NCBI RefSeq assembly: GCF_009914755.1
Contig: NC_060939.1
Length of the DNA: 64,000 nucleotides
Reading direction: 5' to 3' (one strand)
Source of the DNA: the human T2T-CHM13v2.0 reference genome, Homo sapiens
Below are positions 1-13,088 of this stretch, in pieces (position 1 is the stretch's first letter; the number at the start of each line of letters is the position of its first letter). The translations under genes and the position numbers were made by a program. The notes beneath the pieces were generated by a model. That model worked only from the letters and a program-made list of their open reading frames with translations. It was not told the origin of the DNA and did not search any database.

Positions 1-1954
1 TTCCATACACACTGATGAGAAAAATAAGTTTACTAGGAATAAAGCAGGGTCCAGAAGTATGAAAGTATTTATTTGAATGGTATCATTCCCCACCTCAGGG
101 AGGGTATCTGTCATGCAGGATTGGTCTGGATAAGTAAGCTAAGGGTTGAAGTGAGTTCAAAAGAGCTGAACCAGGCTGGAAACACAAACGCAAGCTGTGA
201 ACATCACCTGGAGGAGCTCAAAGCACTTCAGTTCTGGTTCTTTCTCTAGACTTTAGAAGAACAAAGGTCACGAAATTTATTATTGGCAAGACTATAAATG
301 TCTAATAAAAATTACTTGATTATGAGCTTTTTTTTTAAATTTCAGGTTTTACACAAATACCTAAGCAGAGAGTCTTAGATTTTTTCTTACTTTGAACATA
401 CTCCCCCATTTTCCTGGCAATATATTTCCATGTTTCTTCAAAAAGCCATTCAAGAGTACTTTAAGTAACAGTTTTAAACCTCCCCCTGTTAAGAAAATAT
501 ATAAAATTGCTTAAGAGAAATGAGATCGCTTTCTGGCTCCTGTAACAATTGGGGATGATGTTTAACAGCAGAAACCCAGTGGGAGTGCTCAGTCTAAATT
601 CTGCACAGCCATGTCAACAACCAAATTCCTAAGAATTTCTTCCTCATTGTCCCAGTGAGGCCGCAGCAGGATCAGCTACTGGCTGGGCTTTTTGGACACC
701 ACCCACCCCCGGCAATTTACAGCTAGCAAAGAGCTGTAGATGGAGTGACAGCTGCCCATGCCAACACAGTCACACAGGACAGGGCAGCTTTCCTACACCT
801 GACTGGGCCTCAGCCTCATGGACAGGAGTGACATTACAGAACGTGCAAGGTCTCCAAACAGCCCTTCTCCTCCAGGTCACATTGTCACCTTTTTTGCTTG
901 TGCCAAAGTCCTTCCCAGATGTCTATGCAACGGAAGTAAAATTTATACTCGTGGAGCCTTAAAATGCTGACATTCCATGTTTACAGGGATTGTTTACTCA
1001 GAAAATTAATCAGTTACGGTTTTAAATTTTAATTAAATAATGTTTTCCGGTGTTATTGCAAAACAGGCAAAAGCCCATAAAATGTATGTTTGACTGCTGT
1101 TGTGTGTTGTCTTTGGATCAAGGCACAGTCTTGAGATCAATCATGCATGATATTTTTGTGAACTTTTAACAGGACAAACTTTCACATAAATTTGGTTCAT
1201 TAAAATATGTCCATCAAAATAAAAGTCATTCTGAGAAACTCTCTGGAATTTCCTTTTTCTTTCTAATCGGCAACAAATGATTTTGTACTTGTCCTGTAAA
1301 TAAAAATATGGGAGGGAGGTAAGCAGACACTCAGTTGTGCAATAGACTGCTCTTTGCCAATGAACCAGAAGTAACTTCATAGGAAGTTATCCATTCCACT
1401 CACATATTGGTCAAGAGAGAATTATTGGTTCAGTGAACATTGGCATGGTGAAAATATTTTGGTTCCAGATGGTGATGTGTGCGAGGCATATTCTTAAGCT
1501 TTCTCGCATATTTTTCCATTTTATTTCTTCTTTACCTTGTTTTATTTATCTGATTATAAAACAAATATGTGATTCTGATACAAACAAGGAGAAAACTACA
1601 TGAATTAAGAGATTTAATAACCTCCCTCTTAATAAATATGATTAACACATCTCTATTTTTGTCAGTGCATCTACTAACATCATTTATGTATTTATTTGCA
1701 TAAAACTGTTACAAATGCCAAATAGCTCACCAAATGTGCATAATCTTTGTCCACGGAGGCTCAAAATCTAGTCCTAAAACTACTGATAATAGTTACTATA
1801 ATATCTCAAGTTAAAAGAATATATACTAGCCAGGAAAATTTGCAAAATCTTAAAACCAAATTGATTTATCACAGAATATTTACCAGTATAAAAAGTATAA
1901 TATTACATCTGTTTTATGTTATATATTGCTTAATGACTCTATTTTTAATTTAGT

Positions 1955-2294
<340 letters not shown>

Positions 2295-2419
2295 CTTTTT
2301 AAGGATTTCGCAGTGTATCCTAGAGCTCTTCTAAGGGCAGTACACATAGCACAACGTCATTCCTTTTCAATATAACCTATAATACCATTGGATGAGTCCT
2401 CTAGTCATGTCTCTACCTT

Positions 2420-2720
2420 TTGAAAAACAAATCTTTTCACATTGGCTACTGAGTCATTTGGACATGACCCTGGCAGTCTTTTATAATCTCCTTGATATCT
2501 GGTATAACAATATGTTCTAACACCATTTTGTATATTTCCTATGCCAGTCATGTAATCAGCCATTTCTCACATTGAAAAATAAATCTTTTCACATTGGCTG
2601 CTGAGTCATTTGAACATAACCTTGGCAGTCTTTCATAGTCTCTTTGATATCTGGTATAACCATATGTTCTAACATCATCTTGTATATTTCCTACTCCAGT
2701 TGTGTAATCAGCCGTTTCTC
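2420..2720. repeat. Two-copy tandem duplication, period 152 bp, within an old L1MC-like 3' UTR fragment
   Basis: TTGAAAAA(C/T)AAATCTTTTCACATTGGCT(A/G)CTGAGTCATTTG...TGTAATCAGCC(A/G)TTTCTC starts at 2420 and again at 2572. Confidence 0.92.
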
Positions 2721-4648
2721 CAAGATGAGCTGGTTCCTTCTAGTAGGGAATTGTACTAAGAGACTGCAATCTGGGAGCTAGGAGTGCTCATTGTTACTGG
2801 GTTGATCATTGTGTCTGTTTAGTGGAAAAATTAATAAAATGTTTTGTTTATAGGATAAAATACATTAGGAGTTCTTATTAATACTTCCTATTCAAATTCA
2901 GGACTATGAGATTATTAGTGAACCTCGTGTACTCTGTTTCACACCAAGACTTGTGATTTTTAAGATCAGTAAGGATGACAGGATTAGAATATCACTTACT
3001 TGTTCTCTTTATTCCACATTACCCCCTAGATCTGTCTCAAAACAGTAATATTAACATGACCACCAAAAATATGATTAGTACTAACAGTTAACATCTTTTT
3101 GTAATGCGGTCCTTTTTGTCCTTAAGTTGTTCTCTAGAGGTGTGTGCAAATTTTGTATTTTAACAAAAATATATTCTTACTGGATTATTACGTAATCTGG
3201 CAATATGTATTAAGCTTCTTCTAAAAAGACCTCCATATCCATTAATCCAGGAATTATACTTCTAAAACTTTAAAGCAACAATAAAAAAATCTGGACAAAA
3301 CTTTATTTTCAACAAAAATTTCCTATTTATTAGAGGGAAAAAATAGATGTAGCCTTCTGTCCAAAAATACAAAAGTACTTAATTAAATTGTAATGATTCA
3401 TCCCTTAGAATATTATGCATGTGTTACAAATAAGTGAGAATAAATAACCAATAGAACAAAATGATGTAAGCATTTTTGTAGAAGAGGAAGAAAAGCAGCA
3501 GAAGAATGACAAATGTAAAGATATGAAAATCCCCAAATTACCACTGGAGAGCACTAAAGAACAATCTGAGAATGTTAGACGAAGCCAGGGAGGGGCAGGG
3601 ATAGGGGTGGGGAGGATCAGGGGAGCTGCGGCTACCCATTCAAACATAATGGGCTAAGGTCTGAGCTAGTTGAAGATGTCTAAGCGATAAAATATTTTTC
3701 TTTTTAAATTTTAAACTTTTTATTGAGAAGTAATTTCGAATGCACAGAAAAGTTAGAAGAATTAATACAAAGAACACCCATATACCCTTTAGCCACACTG
3801 CCCATTCTTTACATTGTATATTATGTTTATCCCATTTGCTCTTTTTCTTTGTCCATGTTTGTGTATGTAGGTATATCTCTATATGTACCCATTCACAAAA
3901 TATATATTTTATTTTTTTTCTGAACCATTTGAAGGTAAGTTACATACTTTATGGTGAATAACCTCTAAGTTGCTTGGTGTGTTTTTCTTAAGAATGGAGA
4001 TATTATATCTAACTATAGTATAGTTATCAAATTCAGTAAATTTTACACTGTTTATTTTATTTAATCAATTATCCATATTCAAATTTTTTCAATTGACCTT
4101 ATTAATATTACTTATAACATGTTTTCCCTTCAGTGCAGGATCCAGATAAAGGTCAGGTATTGCATCGATCTGCCGGAGCTCTTCATATTCCTTTAATCTG
4201 TAAATTCCGTTATCTTGTGTATTGTATGCCATTAACATTTTGAAAAATACAGTCTTTGCCCTTTTTGATAGAAAGGGCCTCATTTTGGATTTTTCTGATG
4301 TTCCGTTATGATTATATTCAGGTTAGATATTTTAGGACAGCAGTATGTAAGAGATGTGCTTTCTCATGGTATCACATCTGAGGAAACCAATATCCATTTG
4401 TTCCCCATTGGTAATATTAGTTTACATTATCTGTTCAACCAGCTATTTGATTTCTCCACTTTAAAATTATTCTATATATAGTCAACTTAAAGTAGTCTGT
4501 GGGGAGCCATTTTAAAAATCAGGTAAATATTCTGATCCTTAACAAAATGTTACCTCTGATTTAGCAACAATTGATTGTCCTTGACTGATTTACTTTTTAC
4601 TATAAGAATTGCTAAATACTGATGTGCCAACCCCAGCTCTCTCTCTCT

Positions 4649-4780
4649 ATATATATATTTTTTTAATATATATATATTTTATATATATATTAGATATATA
4701 TATTATATATATATAATATATATATCTAATATATATATAAAATATATATATAATATATATATTATATATATATATATATT
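4649..4780. repeat. (TA)n-rich tract containing an 86-bp perfect palindrome (4667-4752)
   Basis: Checked base by base: pairing about the 4709/4710 centre, including G4693:C4726. Confidence 0.92.
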
Positions 4781-4781
4781 C

Positions 4782-5102
4782 TTTTTTTTGAGATGGGATC
4801 TTGATCTGTCACCCAGGATGGAGTGCTATGGCACAATCTTGGCTCACCGTAGCCTCCACCTCCCGGGCTCAAGCCATCCTCCCACCTCAGCCTCCCGAGT
4901 AGTTGAGAGCACAGGCACACGCCACCATGCCCAGCTAGTTTTTTTTTTTTGTTTTTGTTTTTTTTTTTTTTTTGTATTTTTGGTAGAGAAGGGATTTCAC
5001 CATGTTGCTGAGACTGGTCTCAAACTCCTGAGCTCAAGTGATCCACCTGCCTTGGCCTCCCAAAGTGCTGGGATTACAGCATGTGAGCCACCATGCCCAG
5101 CC
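4782..5102 (-). mobile_element. Alu SINE, AluJb-like
   Basis: GAGATGGGATCTTGATCTGTCACCCAGG...CTCCCGGGCTCAAGCCATCCTCCCACCTCAGCC...CCCAAAGTGCTGGGATTACAG...CCCAGCC. Confidence 0.93.
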
Positions 5103-5391
5103 TCTTTCTATATATTTACCAATTAACAATTACTATTCTGCTGAACACATATCCCTCTCATCTGTGCTGTTTATTTGACAATTTATTATATGTATGAACT
5201 CATAAATCCTGATTTTTCAATGGCACATCATTTGTTCCTATACTTTATTATTTTAGATGCTGCAAGTGTTTTATATTTTACTAGGGGGAAACCACATCAA
5301 GTTGGCTTCAGTGTCCTTGTGATGTATCTGCAGTTGTTCTTTCCTTAAATACTTTTATTTACTTTTAAACATAAAAAAAAGTTCTAGGCTC

Positions 5392-6095
<704 letters not shown>

Positions 6096-6479
6096 TTAAG
6101 TGAGGCATTGGAGGCCAAGGTATCAGAGGTAGGTATGCTAGTTGTTACTGAAATGTCTTTGTTGCGTGTGAGCTATGAACTCTTGGTACTAACAACCTGA
6201 CACTCCCTACCAAAACAAAGATCCACATTGAGAAGAAACTGTCAGAAATATCTCCCTAATTGGACAAGGATGGTAGATATAAACCATCAAATAAATTGTC
6301 AGATTAAAACTGTGGAAAAGAACAGGGGAGGCAAACTTTTCAGAAGAGGCACATAATCTTATTACTTTATAGAAACAATAAAAGTGGTCTTTCTAGAACT
6401 ATGAAGCTGAGTAAATTATGCATATGCAGACCTAGTATCCAAAAATTAAAGATAAACTAGGTGTCTAAAACTTGAGCAA

Positions 6480-7040
6480 TAGAAAATGGTGGCTTTCACA
6501 TTCATAGATGTTGCTTATAAATTAAAGAAAATAAAGAAAAGATTGTCCCTAGAGACCACAAAAAAATTCTAGAAAGATATATTCACAAAGCAGATAAACG
6601 CTGATGTTTTAAAATGAGCTAAAAGGAGTAAACAAATTAGGAAAATCGTAGATGCTATGATACAACAATAAAAATTAAAATTAGATAAATTCAGAGATGA
6701 GGTGATCTGAGAAAAAGATTTAAAAAGAGGTGACAGAAAAAAAAAATTGAAAAGGAAAAACAAATGTCAAAGAATTAGTAATTTTGAAAACACAAGAACA
6801 ATTAAACATAACAAATAAGAACTTAAAAGAAGTATAAGATGAAGAAGGATGAAAAAGAAAAAAATTAAGTTCAAAAAGATGTAAAGAGAGAAATACAAAG
6901 GATTTGAAACAAAAAGAAAGTAGGCTAAGAAAATCTAACATACATATAATAGGAGTCTTGAAATAAAAAAACCCAAAAATGCAAAAAAATTCAAAAAACT
7001 GGAATTCAAGAAAATGACCTAAATAAAAGATTGCATATTA
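6480..7040 (+). mobile_element. Ancient L1/HAL1 ORF1-like remnant
   Basis: Very A-rich coding-like strand with an ATCTAACATACATATAATAGGAGTCTTG motif typical of L1/HAL1 ORF1. No intact frame. Confidence 0.45.
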
Positions 7041-7404
7041 ATATTTATATACATGTAATATAAATGATATATATCAATATCAATATTTATTTATAAAATA
7101 TTTTTATATATTACATATGAATATTTATTTATAAAAGGAATTAACAGCTATGACTATTGATGGTATCTTGTATGGGTACACAGTTCCCAGATTCTTTTTA
7201 CCATAAAGTACCTACTTTTTCATTACTTCAAATCATAAGGTCCCAACATCAGGTAGGAAAAATAAATCATGCACAATTTGAGGTCATAGGGAGGATGCCA
7301 GGAATTTAGTGAAAAATTGGGAGGGTGATTAAGAGCTGAGGTTCAGTAGCTGAGAAAAAATTTTCTGAGGAAGGAGTAAAGAGTCATTAGACATGAATAA
7401 CTAA

Positions 7405-7548
7405 ATATGGGATCTTGGCAAATATCTAGCTTCTTTGAATCTAAAAAAGCATAGTTTTCTTATGAAACTGAGATTCAAATGTTAACACATTTTGTCTATT
7501 TAATAGGATTGTTATGATGACCAAACTAGTTAATAAGTGTGAAGGTGT
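7405..7548 (+). mobile_element. MIR fragment
   Basis: ATCTTGGCAAATATCTAGCTTCTTTGAATC...ATAGGATTGTTATGATGACCAAA resembles the MIR core and 3' part. Confidence 0.45.
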
Positions 7549-7577
7549 TTTTTTTTTTTAATCATTTGTTTGGTTTA

Positions 7578-8090
<513 letters not shown>

Positions 8091-9265
8091 AATGTGAAGG
8101 TGTTTTCACAAATATAAAAAAGCAAAAATTGCATTTTTGTTCTAATTGCTAATTGTTATTCTTTTCATAACTCAAACAAAGATGTCTTTAAAAAGATATA
8201 TGAAAATTCTACTTCTAAATAAAAAATAGATATGATATCTGGCTCCCTCTTCCAAGACCAATCCAATAAAAATTTTTAGAGGAAGAATAACTAGAGAGAA
8301 ATAGTGAAATTATATTCTCAGATAGCAGAGTACTGTTTTGAAATGGTGTGTATGAGGAATCTGATTGCTTTGCCATCCCCAGGTAGGAAGCATCCTGGCA
8401 TAGCTATGACATATTGAAATAGGAATGGTAGTTCTGGAATTCTGATATCGTTCTTCTGTCATTGCCTTGGAACAAAATATGTCTACTGCCACATTTGTGG
8501 TAGCTCTGGGGGATGTCCTCAAGAGTTATATATTAGCTCAGCCTTGAACATAGCTGGGAAAAATGAGACAGAGGGAATAACTAACTCCAAGTAGTAGGTT
8601 GTTTATACCATCCATCAAATACCCCTGGGCTAAAGAAACAATTTGAGATTATAATCTACAATTTCATTTACCTTTCCCAAAAAAGGATAAAGTCTTGCCT
8701 AAGCAGTTGGTTGTGGGAAGTGATATGATTGAGTGGTTCCTGGAGCCAGTCTTTATTCCATCACTTTTTGCTACTTTTCTTCTCCCCATTCTTCCAGTGA
8801 CTTTATTGGGGCTGACTCACAATTGGGCCTGACTTTACACATTATGTATTACCTGACAGAGTATTTGATATTTCTAGGGGAAAATAGGCTCAAATGTTAA
8901 AATAACAAGACATTTGAGGACCCAGTCTTTTTCAAATGAATATCAACTGAATGATGTATTTCATTAGAGGTAGATAAATAGGGAAAAAATTTAAAAGCAG
9001 ATTAACACAATAAATGTACAAGAAAATATTAGCAATATGGGGCTAAAATATTCAAATAAGCAGAAACATTAAAAATGAAAAAATAATAGTTTTGATAAAT
9101 AATTCAATAGACAGAATAAATGAGAAGAATGATATATGAAGTAAAAATGATAAAATATCTAGAAAGAAATTTGTTGATAATAAAACAAAATAAAGCTAGA
9201 GAAAAAACAAAACAAAAACTAAGATGTGTTTACCACAAACCAGAAGTAAAAAGACTTTATCATAT

Positions 9266-9462
9266 TGCATTAGTCTGTTTTACACTGCCATAAAGACATA
9301 CCCAAGACTTGGTAATTTATAAAGAAAATAGGTTTAATCGACTTACAGTTCCACATGGCTCCCCAGCCATGTGGAACTGTGAGTCCAATAAACGTCATTC
9401 TTTTGTAAATTGCCCAGTCTCCGGTATGTCTTTAATCAGCAGCATGAAAACAAACTAATACA
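9266..9462. mobile_element. Two THE1 LTR 3' ends fused in inverted orientation (fold-back)
   Basis: 9266-9360 is an antisense LTR end (TGCATTAGTC...CAGTTCCACATGGCT). 9361-9462 is a sense LTR end (CCCCAGCCATGTGGAACTGTGAGTCC...ACTAATACA). Confidence 0.88.
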
Positions 9463-10952
9463 GATTATTAATCTATTTTCAGATGAATAGTTTGCAAATA
9501 TCTTTTTTCCATTCTGTGAGTTTTCTCAATTTGTTTTCTTTGCTGTGCAGAAGATTTTTAGTTTGATGTAATCCCAATTGTCTATTTTTGCTTTGATTGC
9601 CTGTGCTTTTGAAGTCTTACACAAAATATCTCTACCCAGACCAATGTCCTGGAACATTTCTCCAATGTTTTCTTTGAGTAGTTTCAAAATTTCAGGTCTT
9701 AGATTTAAGTCTTTAATCTATTTAAATTTTTTTTTGTGTATGGTGAGATACAGGGGTCTAGTTTCATTCCTCTACATATAATTACCCAGTTTTCTCAGCA
9801 CTATTTATTGAAAAGACTGTTCTTTTCTCATTGTATGCTCTTGGCACCTTTGTTGAAAATGAGTTGGTTGTAAATGTGTGCATTTATATCAGGCTTCTCT
9901 ATTTTATTCCATTGCTCTATGTGTCCATTGTTATGATAGTACCATGCTGTTTTGGTTGCCAGCACTTTGTAGTAAGTTTTTTTCGCTTGTTTTTTTTTTT
10001 TGTTTGTTTTGTTTTTTTTTTTTTTGAGATGGAGTTTCGCTCTGTCACCCAGGCTGGAGTGCAGTGGCACGATCTCGGCTCACTGCCTGGGTTCACGCCA
10101 TCTCCTGCCTCAGCCTCCCGAGTAGGTGGGATTACAGGCACCCGCCGCCACACCCGGCTAATTCTTTTGTATTTTTTAGTAGAGACGGGGTTTCACCATG
10201 TTAGCCAGGATGGTCTCGATCTCCTGACCTCGTGATCCGCCCACCTCAGCCTCCCAAAGTGCTGGGATTACAGGTGCCAGCCACCGCTCCCAGCCTGCAG
10301 TAAGTTTTGAATTCAGGTAATGTGATGCCTCCAGTTTTGTTCTTTTTGCTCAGGATTGCTTTGACCCTTTGTGGTCTTTTGTGGTTCCATATAAATATTA
10401 GATTCTTTTTTTTCCATTTCTGTGAAGAATGCCATTGGCATTTTGAGAGCGATTGCATTGAATTTGTCAATTGCTCTGAGTAGTATCATCATTTTAACAA
10501 TAGTAAGTGTTCCAATCCATAATCATGGAATATCTTTCAATTTTTTGTGTGTATACACTTCCATTTCTTTCACCAGAGTTTCATATTTTTTTAATGTAGA
10601 TCTTTCACTTTCATTGAATTTACTTCTAGGTATTTTGTATTTTCATAGCTATTGTAAATGAAATAGCTTTCTTGATTTCTTTTTCAGATTGTTCACTGTT
10701 GGCATATATAAATGCTACTGATTTTTGTATGTTGATTTTGCATTCTTTACTTTAGGAATTCACATCAGTTTTAACAGCTTTTTGGTGAAGTCTTTAGGAT
10801 TTTCTAAGTATAAGATCACATTGCCTACCAATAAGGCTAATTTGATCTATTCCTTTCCAATTTGGATACCCTTTCATTCTATTGCTTAATCGTTCTGGCC
10901 AGGACTTCCAGTATTATGTTGAAAAATAGTGGTGAAAGTAGGCATCCTTGTT
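9463..10952 (-). mobile_element. L1 (L1MA/L1PB-like) ORF2 fragment, interrupted by AluY
   Basis: Antisense L1 ORF2: TTTGCTGTGCAGAAG, GTGATGCCTCCAGTTTTGTTCTTTTTGCTCAGGATTGC. Minus-strand ORF pieces [23 protein letters not shown] and KTAWYYH..IEQWNKIE are ORF2p motifs. Confidence 0.9.
9982..10295 (-). mobile_element. Alu SINE, AluY with a small internal deletion
   Basis: GGGTTCACGCCA and GTTAGCCAGGATGGTCTCGATCTCCTGACCTCGTGATCC. TSD TG(T/C)AGTAAGTTTT. About 13 nt are missing after CTCACTGC. Confidence 0.92.
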
Positions 10953-10974
10953 GGAAAAATGGGATGGAAATTAT

Positions 10975-12318
10975 GTTTAATTGAATTTAAAGCTCATGCT
11001 TCAAAGTACACCATCAGGAAAGTAAAAATATAATCCAGTAAATGTGAGAAAATATTGGTAAGTTATATATCTAATAAGGACTTGTAGCTAGAATATAATA
11101 GAACTCCTACAACTCAATTAAAAAAAAAACTCCAAAGACCCCAAAATGGGCAAAGGATCTACATTGACATTTCTCTTTAAAAAGTTACATAAGAATCAGT
11201 CGGGCGTGGTGGCTCACGCCTGTAATCCCAGCACTTTGGGAGGCCGAGGCGGGCGGATCACCTGAGGTTGGGAGTTCGAGACCAGACTGACCAACATGGA
11301 GAAACCCTGTCTCTACTAAAAACTACAAAATTAGCCGGGCATGGTGGCACATGCCTGTAATACCAGCTATTCAGGAGGCTGAGGCAGGAGAATCGCTTGA
11401 ACCCGGGAGGAGAGGCTGCAGTGAGCCGAGATGGCACCATTGCACTCCAGCCTGGGCAACAAGAGTGAAACTCCCTCTCAAAAAAAAAAAAATAGTTACA
11501 CAAGAGTCAATTAGGATATAAACAATGATTAATATCATTAGGGAACAGCAAATCAAAACTACAGTGAAACATCATTTACAAACACAGAATGGATATAATT
11601 ATAAAAGCAGAAAACAGCAAGTGTTGGTGAGGATGTGGAGAAATCAAAACCTGCACACATAGCTGGTGGGAATATAAAATGGCACAGCCATTTTGGAAAA
11701 CAGTCTGGGGGTTTCTTACAAAATTGAACTTAGAATTAACACATGTCCCAGCAATTCTAATCTTAGATACATATCCAAGAAAAATTAAAATATATGTGTA
11801 CACAAAATATTATACAGAAATATAAATAGCATTACTCATAATAGCCAATAATAGCCAATAATATTTGTGTAAACAACCCAAATATTAATCAATGAATGAT
11901 TGGATTAACAAAGTATCGTATATCTAAACAATAGAATATCATTCAACTATTAAAAGAAATGAAGTATTGACACACAGTGTGATATAAATGAATCTGAAAA
12001 AAATGAAGTATGTTAGGTAAAAAAAAGCCAAAAATGAAATACTACAAATGGTATAATTCCATGTGTATAAAATGTCGCCAAATGACAAATCTGTCAAAAT
12101 AAGTAGTATACAAGTGGTTGTCTAGTGCTTGGGGGTGACAGAGAATAGGCATTGACAGCTATTGAGAATAGGGTTTTGGGGGCTATGAAAATATTCTAAA
12201 ATTACATTATGATGATAGTTGTACAACTCTGTGAATGTACTAAAAACTATTGAATTATGAGCTTTAAGTGGGTAAGTTGTATGGTTTATGAACTATATCT
12301 CAATAAACCTGTTATAAA
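10975..12318 (+). mobile_element. L1MB/L1ME-like 3' end, interrupted by AluSp
   Basis: AAGTGTTGGTGAGGATGTGGAGAAATC...GCTGGTGGGAATATAAAATGG, ending GAACTATATCTCAATAAACCTG. Confidence 0.8.
11198..11493 (+). mobile_element. Alu SINE, AluSp
   Basis: Sp diagnostics TGACCAACATGGAGAAACCC, GAGGTTGGGAGTTCGAG and GGGCAACAAGAGTGAAACTCC. Degenerate TSD AGTTACA(T/C)AAGA(A/G)TCA. Confidence 0.93.
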
Positions 12319-12929
12319 ACAGGTGTACAAATATTACCAACTATCTGCTAGCAACTTAGAAAACTGAGATAAATGGACATATCTCTAGTAAAATGTGACT
12401 TATAGTTAATTCATGAAGTAATAATAAAGCTTAATTAGTCCCATGGTTTTTAAAGAAACTAAATAGTGATTTAAAATTTTCTCACAAGAAAACTCCAGAC
12501 CTCGTCTACTTCAAAGTTGAGATCTACAAAAGCTTTAAAAATAAAAGGATTGTGGTCCAATTTATTCTGAGTTCAGCATAAGCTTGTTACCAAACCCAAA
12601 AATGTTATAGAAAGACAAAAAAACTGTAGAACCACACTTGTTAATAAATATAGATATGAAAATTCTAAATATAAAAATTTTAAATTAAGTCCAACTCTGG
12701 AGAAAAGATAATACAGCAAAACCAAATTGGATGTATCCTATATATTAAGAATTACTCAACATTAGAAAATTCACTAATGTGATTCTTTTAATATGTTACC
12801 GTTACTGTAATGTATTTTTTAATATGTTACCATGTTACCACACATTAACACTTAATATATTACCACAGTAAGATATTAAAAGAAAAAATCTGTAAACAAA
12901 TAAAGCATTTGATAACATTTAACATAATT

Positions 12930-13088
12930 TCTTTTTTAAAATAATTTCAATGTTTATTTTAGATATGAGGGTACGTGTAAGTTTTGTTACATGGGCATAT
13001 TGGGTTTGGAGTACAGATCCCATCACCCAGGTAATGAGCGTATTACCCACAGGTAGTTTATCAACCCTTACCCAACTCCTTCCCTCCT
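12930..13088 (-). mobile_element. L1PA15/16-like extreme 3' end
   Basis: TTATTTTAGATATGAGGGTACGTG...TTGTTACATGGG...GATCCCATCACCCAGGTAATGAGC. Confidence 0.7.

Noticed and set aside
2420-2720. CRISPR-like or satellite array
   Set aside because: Only two contiguous copies with no spacers, in primate DNA.
7040-7135. AT-rich quasi-palindrome
   Set aside because: It is imperfect and within what low-complexity AT sequence produces by chance.
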